Origin: a virus
Taxonomy: Duplodnaviria > Caudoviricetes
Direction: 5' to 3' (one strand)
Virus record (IMG/VR): IMGVR_UViG_3300043960_000133
Span: 1 to 64,000 of that record
DNA length: 64,000 nt
Positions 18,913 to 28,208 of this stretch are shown piece by piece; position 1 is the stretch's first letter; each line of letters begins with the position of its first letter. The notes beneath the pieces were generated by a model, which ran no database searches, was not told the DNA's origin, and was given only the letters and a program-made list of their open reading frames with translations. The position numbers and the translations under genes were made by a program.

Positions 18913-19141
18913 TATTCGCGGGGCATGGGTTGATATGCGGAAATCCATTAACTGTTTTGCCAATCTGATGAAACTGAACTTAAATGTTCTGGACGCGTTA
19001 CCGGAACAGGCAGAATCCGTGGCGGAAATCTGCATTAAAAATTACGACACGCTCATTGCAGAGATGCGTAAGCAGCGCCGGAAATTGGTCCGGGCGCGGT
19101 ACGAGTTAAGAAAGGAACATGAAAATGAGAAAAACAACTAA
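18887..19141 (+). CDS. Hypothetical protein
   Basis: SD AGGAG; overlapping operon arrangement. Confidence 0.5.
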   Translation: MSKETAIINIRGAWVDMRKSINCFANLMKLNLNVLDALPEQAESVAEICIKNYDTLIAEMRKQRRKLVRARYELRKEHENEKNN

Positions 19142-19685
19142 GTTACCGGTGGTAAAAATCAAGGTTTTCCAGGGCGGGCACATGCCGGAGAAGAAAACCA
19201 AAGGCGCGGCGGCTTATGACTGCTACGCACGGATTGATGGGACGGGGGAGGACCAGTATTACGATGCTGACCGCAAGCTGCATTACATCCCTGGCATTAA
19301 CGGCATCACGACTAAAACGCCGTTGGGGTTTGCCCTGGAAATGCCGGAGGGAGTCCACGCGTTTATCCTTGCCAGGTCCAGCATGGGAGTAAAAACAATG
19401 CTGGTTTGTCCCATCGGTATGGGTTTGATTGACAGCGATTATCGCGGCGAGGTTTGTATGCTTTATCGTGAGATAGACCCGGACTACGACGTCCCAAGTT
19501 GGAAGCAGGAGGACGCAATCTATCACGGCGACCGTATCGCGCAGCTGCTGTTTAATGTGTCGGTGGAATTGCAGCAGGTGGACGAACTGACGCCGACCGA
19601 ACGGGGCAACGGAGGCTTCGGGAGCACCGGCCGAACGGATTTCCCGGAAACGGCAGCGGAACAGGTTCCGGAATGGGAGGAATAG
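19119..19685 (+). CDS. dut: Trimeric dUTPase
   Basis: AAAYD, ARSS, GLIDSDYRGE, GDRIAQ, RGNGGFGSTG motifs. Confidence 0.93.
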   Translation: MKMRKTTKLPVVKIKVFQGGHMPEKKTKGAAAYDCYARIDGTGEDQYYDADRKLHYIPGINGITTKTPLGFALEMPEGVHAFILARSSMGVKTMLVCPIGMGLIDSDYRGEVCMLYREIDPDYDVPSWKQEDAIYHGDRIAQLLFNVSVELQQVDELTPTERGNGGFGSTGRTDFPETAAEQVPEWEE

Positions 19686-19688
19686 ACA

Positions 19689-19868
19689 ATGGATATTATC
19701 TATAAAGCGTTGGTAATTTTTGCCACAATCGACCTGGCCATTTTTGCCGTAGAGGAAGGCCGGAGAATTTACCGGCGGTATCAGGCCAAGAAAGACCTGG
19801 AAGCGTTTGCAGAGTGGGCAAAGAAGCGCCTGGAAGAACGGCAGGAGGACAAGAAGGAAGAAGGCTAA
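19689..19868 (+). CDS. 59-aa membrane-anchored hypothetical protein (not in track)
   Basis: SD GGGAGG; MDIIYKALVIFATIDLAIFAVEEG... Confidence 0.45.
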   Translation: MDIIYKALVIFATIDLAIFAVEEGRRIYRRYQAKKDLEAFAEWAKKRLEERQEDKKEEG

Positions 19869-19871
19869 CAG

Positions 19872-22106
19872 ATGGAACTACGGCTGTATCAAAGGGACCT
19901 GGTAAACAACATCCGGACGGCAATCAACCGCGGCAATCAACGCGTGTGCGCCGTCCTGGGATGTGGCGGCGGTAAATCCGTTATCATTGCCACCATTGCC
20001 AAAGCGTCCACGGACAACGGGGCGCGGGTACTGTTTTTGGTCCATCGGCGGGAGCTGGTGGAACAGATCAAACGGACCATGCACCGGCAAGGCGTGGACC
20101 CTGACCTGTGCAGCGTGATGATGGTGCAGACGGCCAGCCGACGTTTACGCAGCCTGGCGCCGCCCGTGCTGATTATTGTGGACGAATGCTTTGTTGCTGG
20201 CACCCTGGTTGACGGCGTGCCGATTGAAAACATCAGACCGGGCGACTGCGTAAGGTCGTTCGATGAAAAAACAAGAAGGATAAAGCCCAAGAGAGTAACG
20301 AAGGTGTTCAAGAACCCAATAGGGAACGCCCTGGTTCGTTTAATTATCAATGGAAAAAAGACGGTTTGTACACCGAATCACCCGTTTTTCGTGGTTCCTG
20401 GAATATGGAAAGAAGCGGGAGCACTAAAGAAAGGGGATTGCGTATATGTATGTATGCCCAAAATGCGGGGGACCCATGAAAAGTTCGCCGGAGAAAGCCC
20501 GTCGGTGCATTCGCTGCTACAGAAAAGAAATGGCAGAGCGAAACCGGAAGACGGCTTCAGAAAGGATGAAACTTCACAACCCAATGAAGAATCTGGCAGC
20601 AAAAGAGAAGATGCAGAAAACATTAAAGCGGATAGGCCACAAACCCTGTATACACGGCGGAAATGGAACCGGGGATACCATTCCACAGAAACTACTGGGC
20701 AAAGCTTTGGGATGGCCAACGGAGGTGGTCGTTGTAACAAAAATGCGCAATCTGGGGTATCCGCCCTGTTACAAGGTAGACATAGCCAACAGGGAACAAA
20801 AGATCGCAATCGAAGTGGACGGAGGTTCTCATGGGGCGCTGCGGGTGAAGACGGCGGACGCAAAGAAAACCAATTATTTGAAATCGCACGGGTGGAAAGT
20901 GCTGAGATTTACAAACGATCAAGTCTTGAAAGATTTAAAAAGGTGTGTGGAAACGGTTATGTCTACAATCTAGAAGTGGAGGGCAACCACACTTATTTCG
21001 CTAATGGGGTTGCGGTGCATAATTGCCACCACATTCTGTCCAGGACCTACCAGAAAATCATTGAGTATTTTCCCAAAGCCCTGGTAGTGGGATTTACGGC
21101 AACACCCCAACGGATGGGAGAGGGCGGCCTGGGCAAGGTATTCCAACAGCTCATAACGTCGGTATCTACAAAATGGCTGATTGAAAACCATTACCTGGCA
21201 CCCTATCATCTGTATTCCGCGCCGCTAGCAGACCCCAAAGGGCTGCACACCCGCAACGGGGATTACGCCCCGGAAGAAGTGGCGGAACTGATGGAAAAAG
21301 GCGCGATTTTTGGTGATACCGTAAAAAACTGGAAGCATTACGCGGACGGTAAAAAAACCATCGTATACTGCGCCAGTATTAAATCCAGCAAGGGGACGGC
21401 GGCCGCTTTCCAAGCCGCCGGAATCCCCGCGGAACACCTGGACGGACAGACGCCCACGGCGTTGCGGCAAAAGATCGTTGAGGATTTCCGGGCCGGGCAC
21501 GTCCTGGTGCTGTGCAACGTGGACCTGTTCGGGGAGGGTTTTGATGTGCCGGATTGCGAGGCCGTGTGTCTACTGCGACCTACAAAATCCCTGACGCTGT
21601 ACATCCAGCAGGCCATGCGGCCCATGAGGACGGACCCTGGCAACCCTGGCAAGGAGGCAATCATCCTGGACCATGTGGGGAATTACACCAGGCACGGGTT
21701 TCCGGATGATGACCGGGAATGGAGTTTAAAGCCTAAAAAACGGAAGAAGCAAGCAGAAACCAGCGTTACGCAGTGCCCGGTATGTTTCCATGTTTTTAAA
21801 CCGGCACCCACGTGCCCGTATTGCGGCTACGAATTTAAAGCCGCAAAGGACAGCGGCGGCGTGGACAAAGAGCGAGGGCAGGAAACGGTGGACGGCCTGA
21901 CATTGGAAGAAATCAAAGAATCTCCGTATGGAGACTACAAGCGATGCAAGACGTTTGCTGAGCTGGAAATTTTTCGCAAGGCCAAAGGGTACAAGTTCGG
22001 CTGGAGCTTGCACAAGGCCGCGGAAATGGGGCTAGAGTTGCCCCCGAAATATCGGGGTGTGGCCAGGAAATTTAGCGAAGGATGGTTTAGAAGGAGGAAA
22101 GCATGA
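19872..22106 (+). CDS. SF2 DExH helicase precursor containing an intein (about 465 aa after splicing)
   Basis: LRLYQ Q-motif, CGGGKS Walker A, spliced Walker B IIVDE/CHH, FTATP, GFDVPD, QQAMRPMR, C-terminal CPVC/CPYC. Confidence 0.92.
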   Translation: MELRLYQRDLVNNIRTAINRGNQRVCAVLGCGGGKSVIIATIAKASTDNGARVLFLVHRRELVEQIKRTMHRQGVDPDLCSVMMVQTASRRLRSLAPPVLIIVDECFVAGTLVDGVPIENIRPGDCVRSFDEKTRRIKPKRVTKVFKNPIGNALVRLIINGKKTVCTPNHPFFVVPGIWKEAGALKKGDCVYVCMPKMRGTHEKFAGESPSVHSLLQKRNGRAKPEDGFRKDETSQPNEESGSKREDAENIKADRPQTLYTRRKWNRGYHSTETTGQSFGMANGGGRCNKNAQSGVSALLQGRHSQQGTKDRNRSGRRFSWGAAGEDGGRKENQLFEIARVESAEIYKRSSLERFKKVCGNGYVYNLEVEGNHTYFANGVAVHNCHHILSRTYQKIIEYFPKALVVGFTATPQRMGEGGLGKVFQQLITSVSTKWLIENHYLAPYHLYSAPLADPKGLHTRNGDYAPEEVAELMEKGAIFGDTVKNWKHYADGKKTIVYCASIKSSKGTAAAFQAAGIPAEHLDGQTPTALRQKIVEDFRAGHVLVLCNVDLFGEGFDVPDCEAVCLLRPTKSLTLYIQQAMRPMRTDPGNPGKEAIILDHVGNYTRHGFPDDDREWSLKPKKRKKQAETSVTQCPVCFHVFKPAPTCPYCGYEFKAAKDSGGVDKERGQETVDGLTLEEIKESPYGDYKRCKTFAELEIFRKAKGYKFGWSLHKAAEMGLELPPKYRGVARKFSEGWFRRRKA
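20187..21023 (+). mobile_element. Intein (279 aa) in helicase Walker B
   Basis: Starts CFVAGT (block A), TPNHPF (block B), VYNLEVEGNHTYFANGVAVHN (blocks F/G), +1 extein residue Cys. Confidence 0.95.
20446..20973 (+). CDS. Zn-ribbon + DUF559/Vsr-like endonuclease encoded in +1 frame inside the intein
   Basis: CPKC...CIRC; YKVDIA...IAIEVDGGSH...DAKKTNYLKSHGWKVLRFTN; SD AAGGGG 20431-20436. Confidence 0.85.
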   Translation: MYVCPKCGGPMKSSPEKARRCIRCYRKEMAERNRKTASERMKLHNPMKNLAAKEKMQKTLKRIGHKPCIHGGNGTGDTIPQKLLGKALGWPTEVVVVTKMRNLGYPPCYKVDIANREQKIAIEVDGGSHGALRVKTADAKKTNYLKSHGWKVLRFTNDQVLKDLKRCVETVMSTI

Positions 22107-22348
22107 CACTACATGAACTTTACGACGTTTTGGGCGACGGCTTAATCACCCTTGATCAGCGTGTTCCCAATGAGGGAGATTATACGATTCATAGCGGGTA
22201 CGTTGCCGATTTCCCGTATCACTTGATGCGTGACTACGGAGATTGTGACGTTTTAACGGTTGCGGGCTGTGGAATTTGTTCACCAGGCAGCGCTACACTT
22301 CAGCATGGTATCCGTATCGTAATCAGCTGGGATGAGGAGGACGACTAA
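22103..22348 (+). CDS. Hypothetical protein
   Basis: ATGA overlap with helicase; SD AAGGAGG. Confidence 0.55.
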   Translation: MTLHELYDVLGDGLITLDQRVPNEGDYTIHSGYVADFPYHLMRDYGDCDVLTVAGCGICSPGSATLQHGIRIVISWDEEDD

Positions 22349-22431
22349 ATGACAGACCTAGGCGCGGCGTGGCTGCTTAACGCGATTACCAACGTCTTGA
22401 TTTTGATTTTGCTTTTCAGGGAGGACCGGAA

Positions 22432-23034
22432 ATGACCGAAACGGATTTAATGCACGAAATCGAGATTGCTTTATCCGAGCGAGGATGCTACGTTGAGCGC
22501 ATCAACGTTGGAAAGGTGCAAACCAAGGACGGTCGGTGGTTTTCCACCGGCGCGCCTAAAGGCCGCCCGGACCTGTCCGGATTTTTACCCACAACGGGCC
22601 GGATGTTTTTTGTCGAGGTTAAAGTAAAGCCGAACAAACCGACGGAAGATCAGCTTCGGTTTATCCATATGGCCAAATCGTCCGGCGCCCTTGCCTGTGT
22701 TGCCTACAGCGTAGAGGATGCGTTAAAAATGGTCAACGATGCTATTTTTGATGGTATGGGGCTGGTGGTCATGGACCCGGCGGCGGAGCGGCTGCCGGAT
22801 GATTCGGACTTGTGGTTAAAGCTGCTGACATTTGCCAGCGATTGCCGGGAGCTTTTTGAAGCGCTGTTTACCGCCCGCGATTGCGGGGCAAAGCTGGCAA
22901 ATGACGATAAGTTCGGCCTCCGTATCGTACCCTGCGAGCGTCAAGACGTTTACCAGGAGAGCCTGAAAATGTTTAAAAAATACGCAAAACCGCTGACCGA
23001 TGAGTTATTTTATCTGGCAAAGGTAGGTGGTTAA
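22432..23034 (+). CDS. VRR-NUC nuclease with ~100-aa C-terminal extension
   Basis: GRPDLSG, FVEVK, PTEDQLRF motifs. Confidence 0.8.
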   Translation: MTETDLMHEIEIALSERGCYVERINVGKVQTKDGRWFSTGAPKGRPDLSGFLPTTGRMFFVEVKVKPNKPTEDQLRFIHMAKSSGALACVAYSVEDALKMVNDAIFDGMGLVVMDPAAERLPDDSDLWLKLLTFASDCRELFEALFTARDCGAKLANDDKFGLRIVPCERQDVYQESLKMFKKYAKPLTDELFYLAKVGG

Positions 23035-23151
23035 AGTGCATGAGTGGAGAGCGGAAGCGGCCTTGATTGGGCTGACTATCTTTATCATGGCAACGGCAGC
23101 CGTTGCCATCATGGGACTGGCTAGCATCACGGATTGGGGGTGCGCCATCTG

Positions 23152-23352
23152 ATGGGGACAACGAGATCAGGGAGCATTGAGGCCAGGCGCCATGTTTGCG
23201 ATAAATGCGGCAAGAAGTTTATTATCCCCTTGGTGGGCAAATATCCATACACGTTTTACTACAAGCATAAGCGTTATTGGTTTTGTAGCGACCATTGCAA
23301 GAGGCTGACCGAGGACAGATTGGGGCGGAGGCATTATGTGTGTAAGACCTGA
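23152..23352 (+). CDS. Small TRASH/YHS-like Zn-binding protein
   Basis: CDKCGK...YWFCSDHC. Confidence 0.5.
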   Translation: MGTTRSGSIEARRHVCDKCGKKFIIPLVGKYPYTFYYKHKRYWFCSDHCKRLTEDRLGRRHYVCKT

Positions 23353-23524
23353 TGTATTCCGGGCGTGCGGTGAGTGCGGCGGCGTTTTCCGCTGCACACC
23401 GGACTGGAAATGGTGGACGAAAGACCGGCGCGGGAAAAGGATTTATTTCTGCGGCCGCGAGTGTTACAGGAATTTCTTAATGAGGAGGATGTTCAATGGA
23501 CGTAAAAATTTGCAACACCTGTGA
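23336..23524 (+). CDS. Small TRASH/YHS-like Zn-binding protein
   Basis: CGECGG...IYFCGREC. Confidence 0.5.
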   Translation: MCVRPDVFRACGECGGVFRCTPDWKWWTKDRRGKRIYFCGRECYRNFLMRRMFNGRKNLQHL

Positions 23525-23900
23525 GTATTGTACGTTTAAAATCGGGGAGGATAAAAAACGCGTAGATCCCCGTTGCCATGCAATCAGCACCTGCGGCACG
23601 CCGTTGTCCATCCTGGACGAGTGCCCCATCGTTGAGGAAGCCAAGCGGGCACCAGCTGGCAAGGCTGACAGCACTGGAAACGATGCAGCAGATCGGTACA
23701 CCTGGAGGGACGGTATCGAGTGCCGGGAAATCCAACGCGTTATGGCATGGGGAAGCAGCGCAGAAGAAGCACCGTACATTTACGACAACGTAAAATATCT
23801 TTACCGCTATCCCAAGAAGGGCGGTAGCAAGGATATTCGGAAGGCCATTAAATGCCTGGAAGAACTTGCTGATCTGGTGGAAGCCAATGAACGCGGCTGA
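23496..23900 (+). CDS. DUF3310-like protein
   Basis: GIECREI...NVKYLYRYPKKGGSKDIRKAIKCL. Confidence 0.7.
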   Translation: MDVKICNTCEYCTFKIGEDKKRVDPRCHAISTCGTPLSILDECPIVEEAKRAPAGKADSTGNDAADRYTWRDGIECREIQRVMAWGSSAEEAPYIYDNVKYLYRYPKKGGSKDIRKAIKCLEELADLVEANERG

Positions 23901-24306
23901 CAGATTCCTGGAGGCCGCGGCCAGTATCGTGAAACGCCTGATTAAGCTGGAGGGAGAGCGCGAGGAATTTATCCTGGCAATATCTTCCCCGTCGGCCGTA
24001 GACCCCAGTCGTGACTATGTACAAGGCGGAGCCGCTCATGATATGGCTGATGATGTGGCAAGGCTGGAGGATAATACACAGCGCATTAAAGCATTAAAGT
24101 ATGACCTCTTAGTCATGCAAGGATATGTTAAACGGGTTGAAAATAATCATTATCGTTATCTGTTATATACACACGGTATGTATGGGGTGCCCCTGCTTAC
24201 CATATCCAAAACAACAAAGACACCATACACAACATTGCGGCGTGATTATGCAGCGGCAAAGGATGCACTCTGCAAAGCGTTGGTAGACTGGCGACCACAA
24301 AGGTGA
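23887..24306 (+). CDS. ArpU/RinA-like late activator of inner phage
   Basis: Last early gene before packaging module; C-terminal HTH-like segment. Confidence 0.55.
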   Translation: MNAADRFLEAAASIVKRLIKLEGEREEFILAISSPSAVDPSRDYVQGGAAHDMADDVARLEDNTQRIKALKYDLLVMQGYVKRVENNHYRYLLYTHGMYGVPLLTISKTTKTPYTTLRRDYAAAKDALCKALVDWRPQR

Positions 24307-24391
24307 TAAAATATATTATGTAGGTTTATCCTTTCATATGGTTTTCAGCCATAGAGATTTCCCCTCTTGTGCTGACAGCAGAGACTTCCGT

Positions 24392-24427
24392 AAAAATACC
24401 GTGTCATTAAGTTGGCACGGTATTTTT
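24392..24427. terminator. Bidirectional terminator-like hairpin
   Basis: AAAAATACCGTG...CACGGTATTTTT. Confidence 0.6.
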
Positions 24428-24543
24428 ATTGCACAAATTGTTCGCAAATATTTCACACAATAGGGGGTATGGTTTGAAAAAGTTGGCACAAAATTTGCAA
24501 TTCGGCGGTAGGTTTCCATTTTTTCTCAAGGTGGTTAACGTAA

Positions 24544-24888
24544 ATGGCTAAAGCGAGCAGGACAAGAGAAATCAATAATCTTTATCAATTTATATACAGT
24601 TTAAAAAATAAATGCGACAGTATAAACGACGTTAATAAGGACCTGATACTGCAATATTGCCGGTTTACCATTATGAGCAATGAGGTATCAAAGGAAATCC
24701 AGGACGGGCTGGGTATTAAGAAGCCTGAAGAACTGGCAACGCTGATTGGACTGTATAAGGAATTTAATAAAATCGCCATTGCGTTATACAAAACCTTGAA
24801 ATTTGATTCCATCAAGGAAGAACTGAAAGCCGACAAAAACCCATACTTTGAATTGCTTGAGGATGCTAGAAAAAATGGGAGCGATTAA
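24544..24888 (+). CDS. terS: Probable terminase small subunit
   Basis: Helical protein with LILQYC motif upstream of HNH and TerL; SD AAGGTGG. Confidence 0.55.
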   Translation: MAKASRTREINNLYQFIYSLKNKCDSINDVNKDLILQYCRFTIMSNEVSKEIQDGLGIKKPEELATLIGLYKEFNKIAIALYKTLKFDSIKEELKADKNPYFELLEDARKNGSD

Positions 24889-25288
24889 GAAACGCTGCCC
24901 AACGTGCCATCAGCTATACGAAGGAAAACGCTGCCCCACCTGTACGCGAAAATATCAAAACGAGCGGATGCAGGAAAACGAAGCACGGAAGATGTACGGC
25001 AGCCGGAAATGGGAGAAGTGCCGTAAAAATGTGCTCATTAAATACATGGGATACGATATATGGATGATGGGGATCGGGATTTACTCCCGCCCCGCGCGGC
25101 CCGTGGTCCATCATATCATAGAGAGGGACGAAGCGCCGGAACTGGCCTACAGCCTGGACAATCTGATTACGGTAAGCATTGAGAGCCACGCGGAAATCCA
25201 CGCCATGTATAAAAGGGACAAGGAAGCAGCCCTGGAGAGAATCCAGGCGGGAATTATGGAATTTAGGAAACGGTTTGGTGGTGGTTGA
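24875..25288 (+). CDS. Packaging-associated HNH endonuclease
   Basis: CPTC..CPTC, VHHII...DNLITVS..SHAEIH. Confidence 0.85.
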   Translation: MGAIKKRCPTCHQLYEGKRCPTCTRKYQNERMQENEARKMYGSRKWEKCRKNVLIKYMGYDIWMMGIGIYSRPARPVVHHIIERDEAPELAYSLDNLITVSIESHAEIHAMYKRDKEAALERIQAGIMEFRKRFGGG

Positions 25289-27136
25289 ATGTATGAAAAG
25301 GAACTGCGGGCCGCAAAGGTCCCCGCGGAACTCAAAAACTACATAGGCGACTATTACTGGGCGTTAGTTGAACGGGATAAAAAGGGACTGCTGGGGCGGG
25401 CAGAGCTGTTATGCTTCACCCGTTTTTTAAACCTCGCGAAAAAATACCGTTTCGCCGCTGATGAAATGGCAACGATGTTTAAATTCCTGAATCTGCTGAT
25501 TTACGTGGACCAGGACGGCAAAGCAAAGCACCTGGAGTTATATCCGGCACAAAAATTTATCATGTGCGGAATTTTCGGTTTGCGTCGCCCGGACGGCGGG
25601 TACCTGGTGAATACAGCCAATATTTACGTTGCCCGGCGTAATGGGAAGTCGTTTTTATTGTCCGGTGTACTGCATTATTTAATGACCATGAGCAAATACC
25701 GGAATGAGAACATCATCCTGGCCAGCTGCAAGGGGCAAAACGCGGAAATCTGTTTCGATGAATTTGTAAAATTTATCGACAATGACCCATACCTGGCGGA
25801 AACATACACTAACGTAAACCGGACGGCCTGCTGGGCCAAAAGCCGGATTACTAACAACAAGTTGGACATGTTCCGGACGGGCAGCGGTGCCAAGAAATCC
25901 CTGGACGGATTTACGAACCGTGTGGCCGTCATTGATGAAGAAATGTTGTGCGACGAAATCATCACCAAAACCATCCAAGATGGGCAAGGGCATTATAAAG
26001 ACAAGTTACTTGTGACCATGAGCACGGCGCAGTTTGAAATCGGCGGGACGAACCATAAAAAATGGTTGAGCTTAGAAAAGAACCTGTTCGAGGGAACCCT
26101 GCCGGACGAAAATTTCCTGTTTTTGTGCGAACCGGATAAAGAGGATATAGCGAAAAAAGATTTTGCCTCTATCAAGGTGTGGGGAAAGGCAAATCCGATC
26201 CTGCTTTTTCAGCAGGACGGATACACCGTGAAAGACTATATCAAAAAATCCTACACGGCAAAGGCGCGGGCAGCGAACGAGGTTAAAGGGTTTGAGCTGC
26301 AATCATTCGCCACAAAGCAATGTAACGTATGGTATTCCGCGGAGGACCGCGGCTTATGCACATTCGAGCAGATGAAAGCCTGCGGCGCGCCCGTTGGTTT
26401 TGCCGATGTTGTGGGCAAGGGCTATAAAGATTGGTATTTAGGGATTGATCTGTCTCACACCCTGGATTTAACATCCGTCTGGTTCGGGGCCGTCGTCAAG
26501 GAACAGAATGGGAAAATTTTAAAAGCCGGGAGTCTGAAAGGAACCCCGCGGATGTTTTGCCACGTCGTTAGCTGGATGCCTAAAAATAAATTGCAGATGC
26601 ACGTGGACGCCGATAAATTTCCCTACCGGGATTATGTGGACAAGGAATTATTTTTATGTACCGGCGGGGGCGGCGAAAACATCGACGCCGGGCAGGTCCT
26701 GGAATATATCCAGGCTACGATGGATAAATACGGCCTGCATTATGTGACCATTGCCGCCGACCCCTACGGGATTGCTGGCATACAAGAGCACCTGGCCGAA
26801 ATGTGCGACACCTTCATTTTGCAAAATCAAAGCCCCAAGGCGTTGAGCCAGTACATCGAAATTTTGTCCGGACTCTGGAAAGACAAATCCATTATCTACA
26901 GCGCCGGGAACGAGGACATACTGGAAAAAGCTATGATGAACGCCGTAATGGTCAAGAATCCGACGGGCTATTATAGCCTGGAAAAAATCAGCCTACGAGC
27001 TGACAGCAACGTGCGCATTGACCCGGTGGACGCAATGTTAACAGGGTTTATCGCACCGTATATCGACTGGAACCGGGGCGACGTTGACGGCAACGAAGCC
27101 GTGGACGATTGGTTGGAATTAGTAAGGGGTGATTAA
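25289..27136 (+). CDS. terL: Terminase large subunit
   Basis: ARRNGKS Walker A, VIDEE, GIDLS nuclease motif, RIDPVDA. Confidence 0.9.
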   Translation: MYEKELRAAKVPAELKNYIGDYYWALVERDKKGLLGRAELLCFTRFLNLAKKYRFAADEMATMFKFLNLLIYVDQDGKAKHLELYPAQKFIMCGIFGLRRPDGGYLVNTANIYVARRNGKSFLLSGVLHYLMTMSKYRNENIILASCKGQNAEICFDEFVKFIDNDPYLAETYTNVNRTACWAKSRITNNKLDMFRTGSGAKKSLDGFTNRVAVIDEEMLCDEIITKTIQDGQGHYKDKLLVTMSTAQFEIGGTNHKKWLSLEKNLFEGTLPDENFLFLCEPDKEDIAKKDFASIKVWGKANPILLFQQDGYTVKDYIKKSYTAKARAANEVKGFELQSFATKQCNVWYSAEDRGLCTFEQMKACGAPVGFADVVGKGYKDWYLGIDLSHTLDLTSVWFGAVVKEQNGKILKAGSLKGTPRMFCHVVSWMPKNKLQMHVDADKFPYRDYVDKELFLCTGGGGENIDAGQVLEYIQATMDKYGLHYVTIAADPYGIAGIQEHLAEMCDTFILQNQSPKALSQYIEILSGLWKDKSIIYSAGNEDILEKAMMNAVMVKNPTGYYSLEKISLRADSNVRIDPVDAMLTGFIAPYIDWNRGDVDGNEAVDDWLELVRGD

Positions 27137-27433
27137 ATGGTCACACTAGACGAAGTGAAAGAATACTTGAATATCGTCGGGGACGACGACGACCGGATTT
27201 TAAACCGGGAAATTGTCGCCGGGTACGGCTACCTGGGGGACGCCGTGGACGACTTCCAGGAAATTTATGACAGCAACGAAAGTTTTAAGACAAAGGCCGA
27301 CGCCTGGGTGCTGGATTTTTGGCTGCCGGATGCCTACGACAACCGGGAAGGCGGATGGGCTGAGGGCGGCGCCGGGATGGACCCCCGCGCCCGTGCCATG
27401 ATTACCCAATTGCAGCTTTATAGAAAGGAATGA
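27137..27433 (+). CDS. Head-tail connector (HK97 gp6/SPP1 gp15-like)
   Basis: MVTLDEVKEYLNIVGDDDDRIL...QLQ. Confidence 0.75.
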   Translation: MVTLDEVKEYLNIVGDDDDRILNREIVAGYGYLGDAVDDFQEIYDSNESFKTKADAWVLDFWLPDAYDNREGGWAEGGAGMDPRARAMITQLQLYRKE

Positions 27434-27437
27434 GGGA

Positions 27438-28208
27438 ATGGAAAATATTGCTTTAATCGGGCCGGTTTATGATTGTCTTGAAACGGATGAGCTTGTCGCT
27501 AGTATCCAGGGGGCCGCGGAAGATTACAGCCTGGACATTAACAGCCCGGGCGGCGATGTATTTGCTGGCTTGACCATTGTAAACGCCATCCAAAACAGTG
27601 AGCACAAGGCAACGGCGAACGTCCATGTCATGGCTGCTAGCATTGCCGCCATCATCGCCCTGGCTTGCGACGAAGTGGTGGTGGATGAAAACAGCGTTGT
27701 GATGCTGCACAACTGCTGGACTGTTGCCGACGGAAACAAGGAAGAGCTACAGAACGCCGTGGAAGCGATGAAGCGGATTGACGCCATCCAGCGGAACATC
27801 CTGTCCGCCCATTGCCGGGACATTGATAAGGTGAGCGCGGCCATGGACGCCGGGGATTTTTGGATGACAGCCGACGAAGCCGCGGAATATTTTGACAACG
27901 TGGTAGTTAAAAAGGTGGAGCGCCCCGAAGGTTCCCTGGCCGCCGTCGGGAGCTTGTGCGGCCTGGTTATTAAATCTAGGGCAAAAGCCGAAGAAAACAA
28001 AGACGACGAACCGGAAGGGGGCGGCGACGATGAACCCGCGGAACCTGATGAAGGCGAACCGGAAAACCATGAACAGGGTGATAATGAGGACGGCGAAAAG
28101 AAGCCGGATCCGGATTCCGGCGAGGATGATAAAAAGCCGCAGGCGTACGTTGTCCCACCCGCCCTGAAGGCGCTTTTTGCGGACGTTGACCGGGAACTGG
28201 AGGGCTAA
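27438..28208 (+). CDS. ClpP-type head maturation protease
   Basis: INSPGGDVF, AASIAAIIALA, MLHN, WMTADEA; acidic C-terminal linker. Confidence 0.88.
   Translation: MENIALIGPVYDCLETDELVASIQGAAEDYSLDINSPGGDVFAGLTIVNAIQNSEHKATANVHVMAASIAAIIALACDEVVVDENSVVMLHNCWTVADGNKEELQNAVEAMKRIDAIQRNILSAHCRDIDKVSAAMDAGDFWMTADEAAEYFDNVVVKKVERPEGSLAAVGSLCGLVIKSRAKAEENKDDEPEGGGDDEPAEPDEGEPENHEQGDNEDGEKKPDPDSGEDDKKPQAYVVPPALKALFADVDRELEG

Noticed and set aside
20446-20973. Simple frameshifted (broken) helicase
   Set aside because: Helicase frame has no stop across the region and intein ends are intact, so both frames are open
24430-24540. cos site of the inner phage
   Set aside because: G-run and A/T tracts are suggestive but I cannot define a cohesive-end sequence; needs virion end sequencing
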